Below the pieces are notes generated by a model that did not search any database, was not told the DNA's origin, and saw only the letters and a list, made by a program, of their open reading frames with translations. Position numbers and translations under genes: made by a program. Of a stretch of 64,000 bases of DNA, positions 10,101 through 20,980 are shown piece after piece. This DNA is from an uncultured Clostridia bacterium (GTDB lineage Bacteria > Bacillota > Clostridia > Christensenellales > UBA1242). Numbering within the stretch: position 1 is the stretch's first letter; every line of letters begins with the position of its first letter. The stretch is taken from positions 331-64,330 of the forward strand of contig CALWKK010000001.1 in NCBI GenBank assembly GCA_944381245.1, written 5' to 3'.

Positions 10101-10933
10101 TATATTGTTATCTTACCTATTCGTCCTTTTCTAAAATCATCTATAATAGTTTTTGCAGTTCTTTCGTAATCAATTTCACCACCTTTAATAAGCAGCTTTC
10201 TTGTTTCACCAATTTTTTCTAATATTTCAAGTGGTTTTTTTTCTTTATTTGATAATTTATATCGACTTAAAAGTTCATTTGGATATTCTTTTAATAAAAT
10301 TTCTATTAGTAAAATTGCCAATTCTTCAATTGATATGATTTCATCTTTAATTGATCCAATAAAGGCTAATCTGTATGCTAAATCTTCGTTATTTAAATTA
10401 GGCCATAATGTTCCTGGTGTGTCAAGAATTTCATAATTATTTAATAATCTAACCCATTGCTTACTTTTTGTCACCCCTGGTTTATTTCCAGTTAAAGCTT
10501 TACTATTTCCACATAAATTGTTAACCAAAGTTGATTTCCCAGAATTAGGAACTCCAATCACCATTGCTTTAACAAAATATTTAATTCCTTTGTTTTTATA
10601 CTTTTGTATGATGTCATTACACAAAATATTTAATTCTTTTTCAACACTTTTTAGTGCTCCAGAACTGGTGCTATTAAGTTCCAATGCTCTTTGATTATCT
10701 TTCAATAAGATTGCTTTAATTTTTTTTATTTTATTTTGATCCGCCAAATCAATTTTATTAAAAACATATAAAATAGGCTTTTTCCCTATTATTTTTACAA
10801 ATTCAGGATTAATACAGGCTAATGGAGCTCTAGCATCTAAAACATATATTAAAACATCTATTTTTTTTACTTCTTCTTCCATCATACGTAAAGTTTTTTG
10901 CATATGCCCTGGAAACCAATTTATTTTTTGCAT
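10100..10933 (-). CDS. rbgA: Ribosome biogenesis GTPase A (YlqF/RbgA), circularly permuted GTPase
   Basis: INWFPGHMQKT N-terminus, NKIDLA (G4) preceding GVPNSGKST (G1) and DTPG (G3). Confidence 0.9.
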   Translation of the reverse strand: MQKINWFPGHMQKTLRMMEEEVKKIDVLIYVLDARAPLACINPEFVKIIGKKPILYVFNKIDLADQNKIKKIKAILLKDNQRALELNSTSSGALKSVEKELNILCNDIIQKYKNKGIKYFVKAMVIGVPNSGKSTLVNNLCGNSKALTGNKPGVTKSKQWVRLLNNYEILDTPGTLWPNLNNEDLAYRLAFIGSIKDEIISIEELAILLIEILLKEYPNELLSRYKLSNKEKKPLEILEKIGETRKLLIKGGEIDYERTAKTIIDDFRKGRIGKITI

Positions 10934-11595
10934 TTAGTTATTAAGTCCTCCCTAAGTAATTTAGTTTGCTCAACAGCTTTTTTCTCTCGCCATTTTTTTA
11001 TTTCTTCATGATTTCCGCTTAGTAAAACCTCTGGAACACTGTATCCTTCAAAAGTTCTTGGTCTTGTGTATTGTGGATATTCTAAAAGCCCTTTTGAAAA
11101 GCTTTCCTCTTCCAAAGAACTTTTTGAAATAACGCCTTCAATGTTTCTTACAACTGAATCTATGATCACAAGTGCAGGAATTTCTCCTCCAGTTAAAATA
11201 TAATCTCCTATAGAAATTTGAATAGGATTAAAAATATCTATTATGCGCTCATCAATCCCTTCATAATGACCACAAATTAAAATTAATTCCTTTTCATTAG
11301 ATAAATCTACGGCTAAAGTTTGATTATAAGTTTTTCCTTTTGGTGAAAGATATATAATTTTACTATTTTCAGTAAACACACTTTTTATTGCATCATATAA
11401 TGGCTGAATTGTCATTATCATTCCAGCCCCTCCCCCATAAGGTACATCGTCACATTTTTTATGTTTATCTTTAGAAAATTTTCTTATATCTATTATTTTA
11501 ATTTCAACTTTTTTTTCTTTTATTGCTCGTCCTAAAATACTATCAAAAACATTTAAAAACATATTTGGAAAAAGTGTCAAAACATAAATTTTCAT
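10921..11595 (-). CDS. trmD: tRNA (guanine37-N1)-methyltransferase TrmD
   Basis: VLTLFPNMF, DDVPYGGGAGMIM, GHYEGIDERI, SIGDYILTGGE. Confidence 0.95.
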   Translation of the reverse strand: MKIYVLTLFPNMFLNVFDSILGRAIKEKKVEIKIIDIRKFSKDKHKKCDDVPYGGGAGMIMTIQPLYDAIKSVFTENSKIIYLSPKGKTYNQTLAVDLSNEKELILICGHYEGIDERIIDIFNPIQISIGDYILTGGEIPALVIIDSVVRNIEGVISKSSLEEESFSKGLLEYPQYTRPRTFEGYSVPEVLLSGNHEEIKKWREKKAVEQTKLLREDLITKCKK

Positions 11596-11673
11596 AATTT
11601 AATTATAAAATATTTTTAATAATATAACAAACATTTACATCATATAAATATTAGGAAAGAATATGAGGTTAAA

Positions 11674-13251
11674 ATGAAAATAAAAAAATATTTATCAATT
11701 TGCTTATTTGTTTTATGTTTTATAAGTTTTGCAACCTTAATTATTGTTATATTTACTGGCTGTTCAAATGAAAACTTACAAATTAATAATTATAATATTA
11801 ATATATTATTTGATGATAATAACAAAAGTTTGAAATGTAATCAAACAATAAATTATGTTAATAACACAGACACAACATTAAATTTCATATGTTTTCATTT
11901 ATATCCAAATGCCTTTCGTGAAGATTCAGCATCTCCACCTGTTAGCTTAGCTAATCAATTTAAAGCTTATCCAAATGGAATTAGTTATGGATACGTAACT
12001 ATTAATCAAGTTAAAATAAATAACATAAAATCGGAAAATAATAATAGTTTTGAAAATTCAAATCCAACTTATAATGAAGTCGCTTCTTTAATTAATCAAA
12101 AAAAAATAAATAATAATGAATTTTTTATTGGGGGTGAAGACCAAAATATTTTATTTGTTGTTTTGCAAAATTCAATCTATCCAAGCGAAACTGTTAAAAT
12201 TGAAATAGATTTTCAAGTTAAAATGCCAAATGTAAATCATAGATTTGGGTATGGCAATAATACTGTTAACATTGCAAATTTTTATCCTATTGCTTGTGTT
12301 TTTAATAACGGGGATTTTGATAAATCTTTATATCATTACAATGGAGATCCTTTTTTTTCTGATCTGAGTAACTATAATATATCTTTAACTATACCAAAGG
12401 AATATGTAGTAGCAAACACTGGAGAGAAAACATCTGAATCAGAAAACGATGTCACAAAAACATATATTTTAGAAGCAAAAAATGTAAGAGATTTTGCAAT
12501 TGTTTTATCTAAAGATTTCAAACTAATTTCAGAAAAGGTTGGAGATACAAAAATTAATTATTATTATTTTTCAGATGCAAATTATTCTGAATCGTTAAAC
12601 ACTTCGATAAAAGCCTTAAAATTTTTTAATAAAACTATAGGTGAATATCCATATTCAACATTGTCTGTTGTTGAAGCTAATTTTGTTCATGGAGGAATGG
12701 AGTTTCCTAACTTAGTTTATATATCAAATGACATAACCGATAAAAATTTATATCAACAAGTTATAGTCCATGAAATAGCACATCAATGGTGGTATAACAT
12801 AGTTGGGAACAGTGCTTTTAGTTATGGTTGGCTTGATGAAGGATTAACTGAATATTCAACTGCTCTATTTTATGAAAATCATGATGAATATGAAATAAAA
12901 AAACAAAATATAATAAATAATGCATATTCAAGCTATTCTCTGTTTGTTCAGATTTATGAAAAAGTTTATGGTGAAGTTGATACATCAATGAATAGAGATT
13001 TAGATGAATATAATTCAGAGCAAGAATACGTTCATATGGCATATGTTAAAGGAATGCTTTTATTTGATTCACTTAGAGAAATCTTAGGTGAAAAAAAATT
13101 TATAAAGTGTTTACAAAATTATTTTGAAGAATATAAATTTAAAAATGTAACTCCAGATAATTTAATTGCATCTTTTGAAAAAACAACTAAAACTAATTTA
13201 AAAAGTTATTTTGATGCTTGGATAAATGGAAATGTTATTTTGTTAAAATAA
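11674..13251 (+). CDS. M1-family zinc metallopeptidase (aminopeptidase N-like), probable lipoprotein
   Basis: HEIAHQWWYN...WLDEGLTEY (HExxH-x18-E) and GMEFP exopeptidase-like motif. Signal peptide ends in FTGC. Confidence 0.8.
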   Translation: MKIKKYLSICLFVLCFISFATLIIVIFTGCSNENLQINNYNINILFDDNNKSLKCNQTINYVNNTDTTLNFICFHLYPNAFREDSASPPVSLANQFKAYPNGISYGYVTINQVKINNIKSENNNSFENSNPTYNEVASLINQKKINNNEFFIGGEDQNILFVVLQNSIYPSETVKIEIDFQVKMPNVNHRFGYGNNTVNIANFYPIACVFNNGDFDKSLYHYNGDPFFSDLSNYNISLTIPKEYVVANTGEKTSESENDVTKTYILEAKNVRDFAIVLSKDFKLISEKVGDTKINYYYFSDANYSESLNTSIKALKFFNKTIGEYPYSTLSVVEANFVHGGMEFPNLVYISNDITDKNLYQQVIVHEIAHQWWYNIVGNSAFSYGWLDEGLTEYSTALFYENHDEYEIKKQNIINNAYSSYSLFVQIYEKVYGEVDTSMNRDLDEYNSEQEYVHMAYVKGMLLFDSLREILGEKKFIKCLQNYFEEYKFKNVTPDNLIASFEKTTKTNLKSYFDAWINGNVILLK

Positions 13252-13273
13252 AAAAATATGATACAATTTTCAT

Positions 13274-14011
13274 ATGAATAAAAGTGTTATAATAACTGGT
13301 GCATCAAAAGGTATAGGAAAAGCAACAGCTGAAACTTTTGCGCAAAACGGATATAATGTTTTAATTGTTTATAATAGTTCCGAAGAAGATGCTTTTGATT
13401 TGAAAAATAATTTAAACATTTTATATCCAAATCAAATAATAACCATATTTAAATGTGACATTAAAAATATAGATGAATGCTTAGAAATGGCTAAATTTGC
13501 AATTTCGATTTTTGGCAAAATTGATGTTTTAGTTGCTAATGCAGGTGTTGCTCAACAAAAATTATTTATAGATTGCACTGACGATGATTTTAATTATATA
13601 ATAAATAATAACCTAAAAGGTGTTTATAATAGTATTAGAAGTGTTATTAATCATATGATCAATAATAAATCTGGACATATAATAACTATTTCTTCAATTT
13701 GGGGAATTTGTGGTGGTGCTAATGAAACAATATATTCTGCATCAAAAGCTGGTATAATAGGTCTATCAAAAGCTTTAGCAAATGAATTAGGGCCTTCTAA
13801 TATTTGTGTTAATTGTATTGCTCCTGGAGTAATTGATACCCAAATGAATAATAATTTAACAAAAAATGAAAAACAAGAAATTATTAATACAACCCCATTA
13901 AATCGATTAGGTGAACCAAAAGATATTGCTAAAACAGTTTTATTTTTGGCACAATCATCTTTTATAACTGGACAGACTATAATTGTTGATGGTGGTTTAA
14001 CTAATGTGTGA
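13274..14011 (+). CDS. SDR oxidoreductase, 3-oxoacyl-ACP reductase (FabG)-like
   Basis: TGASKGIGKA, NAG, YSASKAGIIGLSKALANELG, GQTIIVDGGL. Confidence 0.75.
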   Translation: MNKSVIITGASKGIGKATAETFAQNGYNVLIVYNSSEEDAFDLKNNLNILYPNQIITIFKCDIKNIDECLEMAKFAISIFGKIDVLVANAGVAQQKLFIDCTDDDFNYIINNNLKGVYNSIRSVINHMINNKSGHIITISSIWGICGGANETIYSASKAGIIGLSKALANELGPSNICVNCIAPGVIDTQMNNNLTKNEKQEIINTTPLNRLGEPKDIAKTVLFLAQSSFITGQTIIVDGGLTNV

Positions 14012-14687
14012 TTTTTTCATTAATTATATACGATAATATTTTTTTTACTGTATCTTCTATTGATAAGTCACTGTTATCAATAAAGATTGCGTTTTTTGCA
14101 ACTTTTAATGGTGAAATTTTTCTGTTTACATCATTTTCATCTCGAATTTTTATATCCTTTAAAACTTCAAAAAATTTACTTTCTGATAAATTAAGTTGTT
14201 TAAGTCTACGATATGCTCTTATTTCAGGTTTAGCTGTTAAAAAAAATTTATATTTTGCTTTAGGTAAAACAACGGTTCCTATATCTCTTCCTTCCATTAC
14301 CAAATTGTAATTTTTCGCTAATTTTCTCTGAATTTTTATAGCTAATTTTCTCACTTTAGGATATTTAGATACGATTGATGTTAATAAACTTATATTTTCA
14401 GTCCTAATTTTATTTAATAAATTAACTCCATTTACTTTATTAATTTGTATATAATTATTTTTTAATGGCTTAAAAGAAATATCTAAATTTATTTTCTTCA
14501 AATTTTTAGTAACTTGATTTTCATCTTCAAGATTTATTTTATTTTTGACCAAAAAATAAGTTATACTTCTGTAAATTGCACCTGTATCAAGATGATAAAT
14601 TCCCAATTTATTTGCAATTATTTTTGAAATTGTTCCTTTACCACTCCCAGCAGTTCCGTCTATTGCTATATTAAATTTCACTTTCAC
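14001..14687 (-). CDS. cmk: Cytidylate kinase
   Basis: IAIDGTAGSGKGT P-loop and LDTGAIYR. Confidence 0.9.
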   Translation of the reverse strand: MKVKFNIAIDGTAGSGKGTISKIIANKLGIYHLDTGAIYRSITYFLVKNKINLEDENQVTKNLKKINLDISFKPLKNNYIQINKVNGVNLLNKIRTENISLLTSIVSKYPKVRKLAIKIQRKLAKNYNLVMEGRDIGTVVLPKAKYKFFLTAKPEIRAYRRLKQLNLSESKFFEVLKDIKIRDENDVNRKISPLKVAKNAIFIDNSDLSIEDTVKKILSYIINEKITH

Positions 14688-14740
14688 CTCTGTTTTATTT
14701 ATTTGATATTTATCAAAAATTATGTTATCATTTTAAAGAT

Positions 14741-14816
14741 GCTGGTGTAGCACAGTTGGTAGTGCATTCGATTCGTAATCGAAAGGTCATGGGTTCGAAT
14801 CCCATCACCAGCTCCA
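14741..14816 (+). tRNA. tRNA-Thr (anticodon CGU), CCA encoded
   Basis: Manual cloverleaf: acceptor GCTGGTG/CACCAGC, D arm GCAC-AGTTGGTA-GTGC, anticodon arm TTCGA-TTCGTAA-TCGAA, T arm ATGGG-TTCGAAT-CCCAT, then T-CCA. Confidence 0.9.
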
Positions 14817-14833
14817 ATAAGTATAAAAATTTT

Positions 14834-15622
14834 TTATGAAATATTAAGCTGTTTATAACCAATAGAAACTTTTTTATTTTTTCTGTCTAAATTTAAAATT
14901 TTAAATTTATATTTTTTCCCAATTTTTAAAATTTCGTCTGGTGACAAAATTTTTTTATTTGAAATATTTGATATATGACATAAACACATAACTCCATCAA
15001 TTTCAACAAATGCACCGTATGGAACAATATTTTTAACAACTCCGTCAACTATTTTGTTTATAAAATTATTTCTCCAAAAAAACTCCTGTTTTTCCTGATT
15101 TATTTTTTCTTCTAATATTCTTATAGATGCATAAATTTGCTTTTTATCTACATTAATTTCTGTTGCAACACATTCAATTTTTTTATTTATATATTTTTTA
15201 TAAAAAATTTTGTCATTAATACATATTTCATTTTTAGGAATCATAATTGTGTAATCTCCCATTTCGCTAATTAATGCTCCATCTTTATTTATTTTACTCA
15301 CAATACAATAAAACACACAACCCAATTTAATGTTTCTAGCATTTTGCTTTTCTATTTCAAGATCAATTGCTTTTTTTTGTGACACAATCATGAGTCCGTC
15401 TTCATTCTTTCTTCCTGTTATATAAACTAAAAAACGATCTCCAATTTTAATATCTTTTAAATTGTCAACCTCTTCATTAGGAATTAAGGCATCAATTTTT
15501 CCTCCTAAATTAAATATAACACCATTTTCTTTTATAGATATAACAATACCTTCGGCAATTTTAGTTTTTCGATAATCTATAAATGTTTTATCAATTTCTT
15601 CTAGATTAAAATCTCTATTCAT
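14834..15622 (-). CDS. S1 RNA-binding domain protein (short ribosomal protein S1 homolog, YpfD-like)
   Basis: Three repeats of the S1 OB-fold pattern (G.V..I...G..F.LG....L.P; GDR..V.I; DGVVKNIVPYGAFVEIDGV.CLCHIS). Lies beside cmk as in Bacillus. Confidence 0.7.
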   Translation of the reverse strand: MNRDFNLEEIDKTFIDYRKTKIAEGIVISIKENGVIFNLGGKIDALIPNEEVDNLKDIKIGDRFLVYITGRKNEDGLMIVSQKKAIDLEIEKQNARNIKLGCVFYCIVSKINKDGALISEMGDYTIMIPKNEICINDKIFYKKYINKKIECVATEINVDKKQIYASIRILEEKINQEKQEFFWRNNFINKIVDGVVKNIVPYGAFVEIDGVMCLCHISNISNKKILSPDEILKIGKKYKFKILNLDRKNKKVSIGYKQLNIS

Positions 15623-15667
15623 TAATTTTCCCCCACAATAATATTATAAAAAATTAGGCAAAAAAGC

Positions 15668-15988
15668 CTAATTTTGTAGTTCTTCATAAAATTCAACAAG
15701 AACATTTTTCATTTCTTTATATAAAAATTTTATAGGTTTTATACTAGTTGCAACAAAATCAAAGCCAACTATTAATCCATTTAAAATTTTTAAGTTTTGT
15801 AATTCACATGCATTAACTATAGCTTCCAATATTATATAAGCATCTTCTCTTAATTCATTTTTTATTTTAGTTGAATAATCTATTTCACTCATCATATCAT
15901 TTGATATCTTTTTTATTTCATTAAAATATTTTAAACAATCAATTTGGTCAAATTTTTCTTCTTCATCTATATTTGTAATTTTTTCCAT
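15668..15988 (-). CDS. Hypothetical acidic 106-aa protein
   Basis: Intact ORF co-directional with neighbours. No motif recognised. Confidence 0.4.
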   Translation of the reverse strand: MEKITNIDEEEKFDQIDCLKYFNEIKKISNDMMSEIDYSTKIKNELREDAYIILEAIVNACELQNLKILNGLIVGFDFVATSIKPIKFLYKEMKNVLVEFYEELQN

Positions 15989-16109
15989 ATATTAACTCCT
16001 ACAAATTATAATATATCATAATCATAAAAAAAGTAAAAACTTTTAATTGTTGTTTTTATTTCTAATTTATGGTATTATATAAAAAAAATAAATATTAAAA
16101 GGATATTAT

Positions 16110-17681
16110 ATGATTCAAGCAGTTAATGTTACACTTCAATTTGGTGGAAGAGTTTTATTCAAGGATGTTAATTTAAAATTTACAAAAGGAAATTGTTATG
16201 GAATTATTGGTGCGAATGGCGCCGGCAAGTCTACATTTTTAAAAATTTTAACCGGAGAAATTGAACCAAACAAAGGTGAAGTTATTATTGACAAAAATGA
16301 AAGAATGTCAGTTTTAGAACAAAATCAAAATAAATTTGATGATAAAACAGTATTGGAAACTGTTTTATTAGGTCATAAAAGATTGGTTGAAATTCAAAAA
16401 TTAAAAGATGAATTATATTCAAAATCTAATTTTTCAGAAGAAGATGGTATACTTGCTGGTAATTTAGAAACTGAATTTGCTGAATTAGGTGGATGGGAAG
16501 CAGAAAGTGAAGCAAAAACTTTATTATCAGGAATTGGAATTCCTGAAAATTTATTTAATGTTTTAATGAAAGATATTGATCCAAAACAAAAAGTTAAAGT
16601 TCTTCTTGCTCAAGCATTATTTTTAAATCCTGACATATTAATACTCGATGAACCAACAAACAATTTAGATTTTAAAACAACAAGATGGTTGGAAAATTAT
16701 CTTTTAAACTTTGATAACATTGTCATTATTGTGTCTCACAATAGACATTTTTTAAATAAAGTTTGTACTCACACTTGTGATGTTGATTTTGGAAAAATTA
16801 ACATATATTTTGGAAATTATGATTTTTGGTATGAAACAAGTCAATTGATTGCAAAACAACTTAAAGAACAAAATAAAAAAGCAGAACAACGCGCTAAAGA
16901 ATTAAAGGACTTCATTGCGAGATTCGCAGCTAATGCTTCAAAATCCAAACAAGCAACATCAAGAAAAAAAGAATTAGAAAAATTAACACTTGAAGATTTC
17001 AAGCCGTCTTCAAGAAAATATCCATATATTAATTTTGAATATACTCAAGAAATTGGTAAAGAAATTTTAAGTGTTAAAAATTTAACTAAAAAAGGTTTTT
17101 TCAATAATTTATCTTTCACAGTCAACCGTGATGACAAAATAGCAATTTTAAGTTCCAATAGTTTAGCAGTCACATCTTTATTTAATATTTTATTTGGACT
17201 TGAAAAGCCTGATAATGGAAGCGTTACTTGGGGAAAAACTATTAAGCCTGTGTATTTACCACAAAACAATTCAAATTTCTTTGAAAATTGCAAATTAAAT
17301 TTAATTGATTGGTTAAGACAATTTTCTAAAGATCAAACAGAAACATATATTCGAAGCTGGTTAGGAAGAATGCTTTTTTCTGGTGAAGAAGCTTTAAAAG
17401 AAGTTAATGTTCTTTCTGGTGGTGAAAAAGTTAGATGTATGATGGCAAAATCAATGCTTGAAAACGGAAATGTTATAGTTTTAGATGAACCAACAAATCA
17501 TTTAGATTTAGAAAGTATAACGGCTTTAAATAAAGGAATGATTAATTACAAAGGTGTTATGATTTTCACCTCTCACGACCAAGAAATTGTTGAAACGGTT
17601 GCTAATCGAATTATAGATATAATTGATGAAAATAATATTGTCGATAAACAATGCACTTATGAAGAATATATTAACTTATAA
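16110..17681 (+). CDS. ABC-F family ATPase (translation-associated, two ABC domains, no TM)
   Basis: Two Walker A / signature / Walker B sets (GANGAGKST ... ILILDEPTNNLD; LSGGEKVRCM ... VIVLDEPTNHLD) separated by a charged linker. Confidence 0.9.
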   Translation: MIQAVNVTLQFGGRVLFKDVNLKFTKGNCYGIIGANGAGKSTFLKILTGEIEPNKGEVIIDKNERMSVLEQNQNKFDDKTVLETVLLGHKRLVEIQKLKDELYSKSNFSEEDGILAGNLETEFAELGGWEAESEAKTLLSGIGIPENLFNVLMKDIDPKQKVKVLLAQALFLNPDILILDEPTNNLDFKTTRWLENYLLNFDNIVIIVSHNRHFLNKVCTHTCDVDFGKINIYFGNYDFWYETSQLIAKQLKEQNKKAEQRAKELKDFIARFAANASKSKQATSRKKELEKLTLEDFKPSSRKYPYINFEYTQEIGKEILSVKNLTKKGFFNNLSFTVNRDDKIAILSSNSLAVTSLFNILFGLEKPDNGSVTWGKTIKPVYLPQNNSNFFENCKLNLIDWLRQFSKDQTETYIRSWLGRMLFSGEEALKEVNVLSGGEKVRCMMAKSMLENGNVIVLDEPTNHLDLESITALNKGMINYKGVMIFTSHDQEIVETVANRIIDIIDENNIVDKQCTYEEYINL

Positions 17682-17693
17682 ATAAAACATATT

Positions 17694-17724
17694 AAAAAAA
17701 ATCTGAAACTTTCAGATTTTTTTT
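17694..17724. terminator. Bidirectional intrinsic terminator between convergent ABC-F and ppdK
   Basis: A-run, ATCTGA hairpin arms (atctgaaactttcagat), then T-run. Symmetric, so it reads as hairpin plus U-tract on both strands. Confidence 0.7.
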
Positions 17725-17733
17725 ATTTAAAAA

Positions 17734-20367
17734 CTATTTCCTTGGATTTTTTATATTAGCTTGCGCTGCTGCTAGTCTTGCAATAGGAACTCTAAATGGT
17801 GAACATGAAACATAAGTTAACCCTGCATTATGACAGAACTCAACACTGCTTGGATCTCCTCCATGTTCACCACATATACCTAATTTAATATCTTTTCTCA
17901 CTGATTTACCTAAATCTGTTGCAATTTTAATAAGCTTGCCAACTCCGTTTTGATCTAATCTTGCAAAAGGATCACTTTCAAAAATTCTTCTTTCGTAATA
18001 TATATCTAAAAATTTTCCTGCATCATCACGGCTAAACCCATATGTCATTTGAGTTAAATCATTAGTTCCAAATGAGAAGAACTCTGCTGTTTTAGCTATT
18101 TCATCGGCTGTTAACGCAGCTCTTGGAATTTCTATCATTGTTCCTATTTTATAGGATAACTCAACGCCTTTTTCTTCAATAATTTCATCAGCAACTTTTT
18201 TTATTATATCTCTAACAAAATTAAACTCTTTGCTATCACAAGTTAATGGAATCATTATTTCAGGTATTACATCAAATTTACCTTCGGATTTAACTTTAAT
18301 CGCTGCTTCAATAACTGCTCTTGTTTGCATTTCTGCAATTTCTGGATAAGTTATATCCAATCTTAATCCTCTATGCCCCATCATCGGATTAACTTCATGC
18401 AAGCCTGCGACTGTATTTTTTAATTCTTCAAAACTTATATTCATTTCTTTTGCTAAAGCTTTAATTTCAGAATCTTCATGAGGTAAAAATTCATGTAAAG
18501 GTGGATCTAAGAAACGAATTGTAACTGGTTTTCCCTGCATTGCTTTATATAAACCTATAAAATCTTTTCTTTGCATTGGAAGTAATTTTTTTAATGCTTT
18601 TTTTCTTTCTTCAACTGTTCTAGAAACAATCATTTCTCTAACTGCTGGAATTCTATCTGCATCAAAGAACATGTGTTCTGTTCTGCATAATCCTATACCT
18701 TCAGCACCGAAATTAAATGCTGTTTTTGCATCATTTGGTGTGTCAGCATTAGTCCTTACTTTTAATACTCTATATTTATCTGCCCATGACATTATAGTTT
18801 CAAAGTCACCTGAAATTTTAGCATCAACAGTTTTTATGCATTCTCCATAAATGAGTCCAGTTGAACCATCAATTGATATTTCATCTCCCTCTTTATATAT
18901 TTTTCCGTTTAATTTAAATTTCTTATTCTCTTCATCAACAATTAAATCTTGACAACCAGCAACACAAGCTGTTCCCATTCCTCTAGCAACAACGGCTGCA
19001 TGAGATGTTCTTCCACCTCTTGCTGTTAAAATACCTTCACTTGCTGCCATTCCTTCAATATCTTCTGGAGATGTTTCTAATCTAACCAAAACAACTTTTT
19101 TCCCTTCATTATGCAATTGTATTGCTCTTTCAGCAGTGAAAGCAATAATACCACTTCCAGCCCCTGGAGAAGCAGGCAATCCTTTACCAATTTGTTTCGC
19201 TTTTTTTAATGCCTCAGAATCAAATTGAGGGTGTAAAAGCGCATCAAGTTGTCTAGGTTCTATTTTTAATAAAGCTTCTTTTTCTGATATCATTCCTTCG
19301 TTAACTAAATCAACAGCTATTTTTAATGATGCTTTTGCTGTTCTTTTTCCATTTCTTGTTTGTAACATATACAATTTACCATTTTCTATAGTAAATTCCA
19401 TATCTTGCATGTCTTTATAATGTTTTTCTAATTTGTTAGCAATTGTTACAAATTCATTATATAAAGCTTTGTTTTGTTGTTCTAAATCGGAAATTGGTTG
19501 AGGAGTTCTAACACCAGCAACAACATCTTCTCCTTGAGCATTCATTAAATATTCACCATATAATTTCTTCTCCCCAGTTGCAGGGTCTCTTGTGAAAGCA
19601 ACTCCAGTTCCACTCTTTTCTCCCATATTACCGAATACCATTGATTGAATATTAACAGCTGTTCCCCAAGAAGAAGGTATATCATTAACTCTTCTATAAT
19701 ATATTGCTCTTGGATTTTCCCATGACCTGAAAACTGCTTTAACAGCTTCTAAAAGTTGTTTTTTTGGATCCTCTGGAAAATCATATTTCATTTCTTTTTT
19801 AAATAAAGTTTTGAATTTTTGAACCATTTCTTTAAGATCATTTTCATCCAATTGAGTATCTAACTTAACCCCTTTTTCTTCTTTCATTTTGTCAATAATT
19901 TTTTCAAAGTTAGATTTATCAAATCCTAAAGCCACATCAGAAAACATTTGTATAAATCTTCTGTAACTATCATAAGCAAATCGTGTATTATTTGTTAATT
20001 TTGCTAATCCTTCAACAACTTCTGATGTTAAACCTAAATTTAATATTGTATCCATCATTCCAGGCATAGAAACTCTTGCGCCACTCCTAACCGAAACCAA
20101 AAGTGGATTGTCTTTATCTCCAAACTTTTTTCCAGTCATTTTTTCAATTTTGGTCAAACCATCCATAATTTGCTTTGTAACAACGTCAGACAAAATTTCT
20201 CCGTCTTCATAATATTTGCAACAAGCTTCTGTTGTTATTGTAAATCCTTGTGGAACTGGCATACCAATATTTGTCATTTCAGCTAAATTAGCACCTTTTC
20301 CCCCTAAAAGATTTCTCATGTTTGCATTCCCCTCAGAAAAGAGGTATACATATTTGTTCTTTGCCAT
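17734..20367 (-). CDS. ppdK: Pyruvate, phosphate dikinase
   Basis: 877 aa. LGGKGANLAEM, phosphohistidine loop GGRTSHAAVVARGMG, C-terminal GICGEHGGDP and FGTNDLTQ. Confidence 0.97.
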   Translation of the reverse strand: MAKNKYVYLFSEGNANMRNLLGGKGANLAEMTNIGMPVPQGFTITTEACCKYYEDGEILSDVVTKQIMDGLTKIEKMTGKKFGDKDNPLLVSVRSGARVSMPGMMDTILNLGLTSEVVEGLAKLTNNTRFAYDSYRRFIQMFSDVALGFDKSNFEKIIDKMKEEKGVKLDTQLDENDLKEMVQKFKTLFKKEMKYDFPEDPKKQLLEAVKAVFRSWENPRAIYYRRVNDIPSSWGTAVNIQSMVFGNMGEKSGTGVAFTRDPATGEKKLYGEYLMNAQGEDVVAGVRTPQPISDLEQQNKALYNEFVTIANKLEKHYKDMQDMEFTIENGKLYMLQTRNGKRTAKASLKIAVDLVNEGMISEKEALLKIEPRQLDALLHPQFDSEALKKAKQIGKGLPASPGAGSGIIAFTAERAIQLHNEGKKVVLVRLETSPEDIEGMAASEGILTARGGRTSHAAVVARGMGTACVAGCQDLIVDEENKKFKLNGKIYKEGDEISIDGSTGLIYGECIKTVDAKISGDFETIMSWADKYRVLKVRTNADTPNDAKTAFNFGAEGIGLCRTEHMFFDADRIPAVREMIVSRTVEERKKALKKLLPMQRKDFIGLYKAMQGKPVTIRFLDPPLHEFLPHEDSEIKALAKEMNISFEELKNTVAGLHEVNPMMGHRGLRLDITYPEIAEMQTRAVIEAAIKVKSEGKFDVIPEIMIPLTCDSKEFNFVRDIIKKVADEIIEEKGVELSYKIGTMIEIPRAALTADEIAKTAEFFSFGTNDLTQMTYGFSRDDAGKFLDIYYERRIFESDPFARLDQNGVGKLIKIATDLGKSVRKDIKLGICGEHGGDPSSVEFCHNAGLTYVSCSPFRVPIARLAAAQANIKNPRK

Positions 20368-20389
20368 ACTTTCTCCTTAAACTAAAAAT

Positions 20390-20411
20390 TTCCGATGAAC
20401 TTTCATCGGAA
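20390..20411 (-). terminator. Intrinsic terminator downstream of the 156-aa membrane protein gene
   Basis: ttccgatgaa / ttcatcggaa inverted repeat, followed on the minus strand by a T-run. Confidence 0.6.
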
Positions 20412-20448
20412 AAAATTTTACAATATTATATTTTTTTTTCAAAACATT

Positions 20449-20919
20449 TTATAAAAATTTATTTTTTTTATTTGTTTTTTTCTTAAAGTTAACTGCAATT
20501 ACACCACAAATTCCTCCAATAATCCCTCCGAATAATAAATCATTAACTAAAGTTTTGTTAAATTCAAAATTTCCATCTAAAATTGAAAAGACAATAAATG
20601 CTAAGATCGTATATAATAAACCAATTACAAGTCCATTAATTAAACCCATTTTATTTATATTTTTTAAAGCTATAAATGTTCCAACAAGTAAACTAAATCC
20701 TTTTATAACCTGATTAATTGGCTTTATCGCTGACGTTGGAACAGCTATGTATTTTATAAAAAATGCAAATATTAAAATTCCCACCAAAGAAACTGATAAA
20801 GCTGTTAATGTTCCTTTTAATATTGCTAACCAAGTTTTATTTTCTATTTCCTTATCATTTTCAATATTTTTTATTTTATTTTGTTTGAAATTTTTTATTT
20901 TAAGAGATTTAAATTTCAT
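20449..20919 (-). CDS. Small integral membrane protein (possibly TIGR04086-like)
   Basis: Four predicted TM helices and a Gly-rich last helix GGIIGGICGVIAV. Family assignment is tentative. Confidence 0.4.
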   Translation of the reverse strand: MKFKSLKIKNFKQNKIKNIENDKEIENKTWLAILKGTLTALSVSLVGILIFAFFIKYIAVPTSAIKPINQVIKGFSLLVGTFIALKNINKMGLINGLVIGLLYTILAFIVFSILDGNFEFNKTLVNDLLFGGIIGGICGVIAVNFKKKTNKKNKFL

Positions 20920-20980
20920 TTTTACCTCCGTTTATCATAATATGTATATTAAAAAAACTGTTATCATAGAACAGTTTTTC

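Noticed and set aside
14688-14833. tRNA-Thr on the opposite strand, wedged between co-directional S1-domain and cmk genes: possible integration hotspot
   Set aside because: There is no integrase, no direct repeat of the tRNA 3' end, and no foreign-looking DNA nearby. It is simply an oppositely oriented tRNA in a 146-nt gap.
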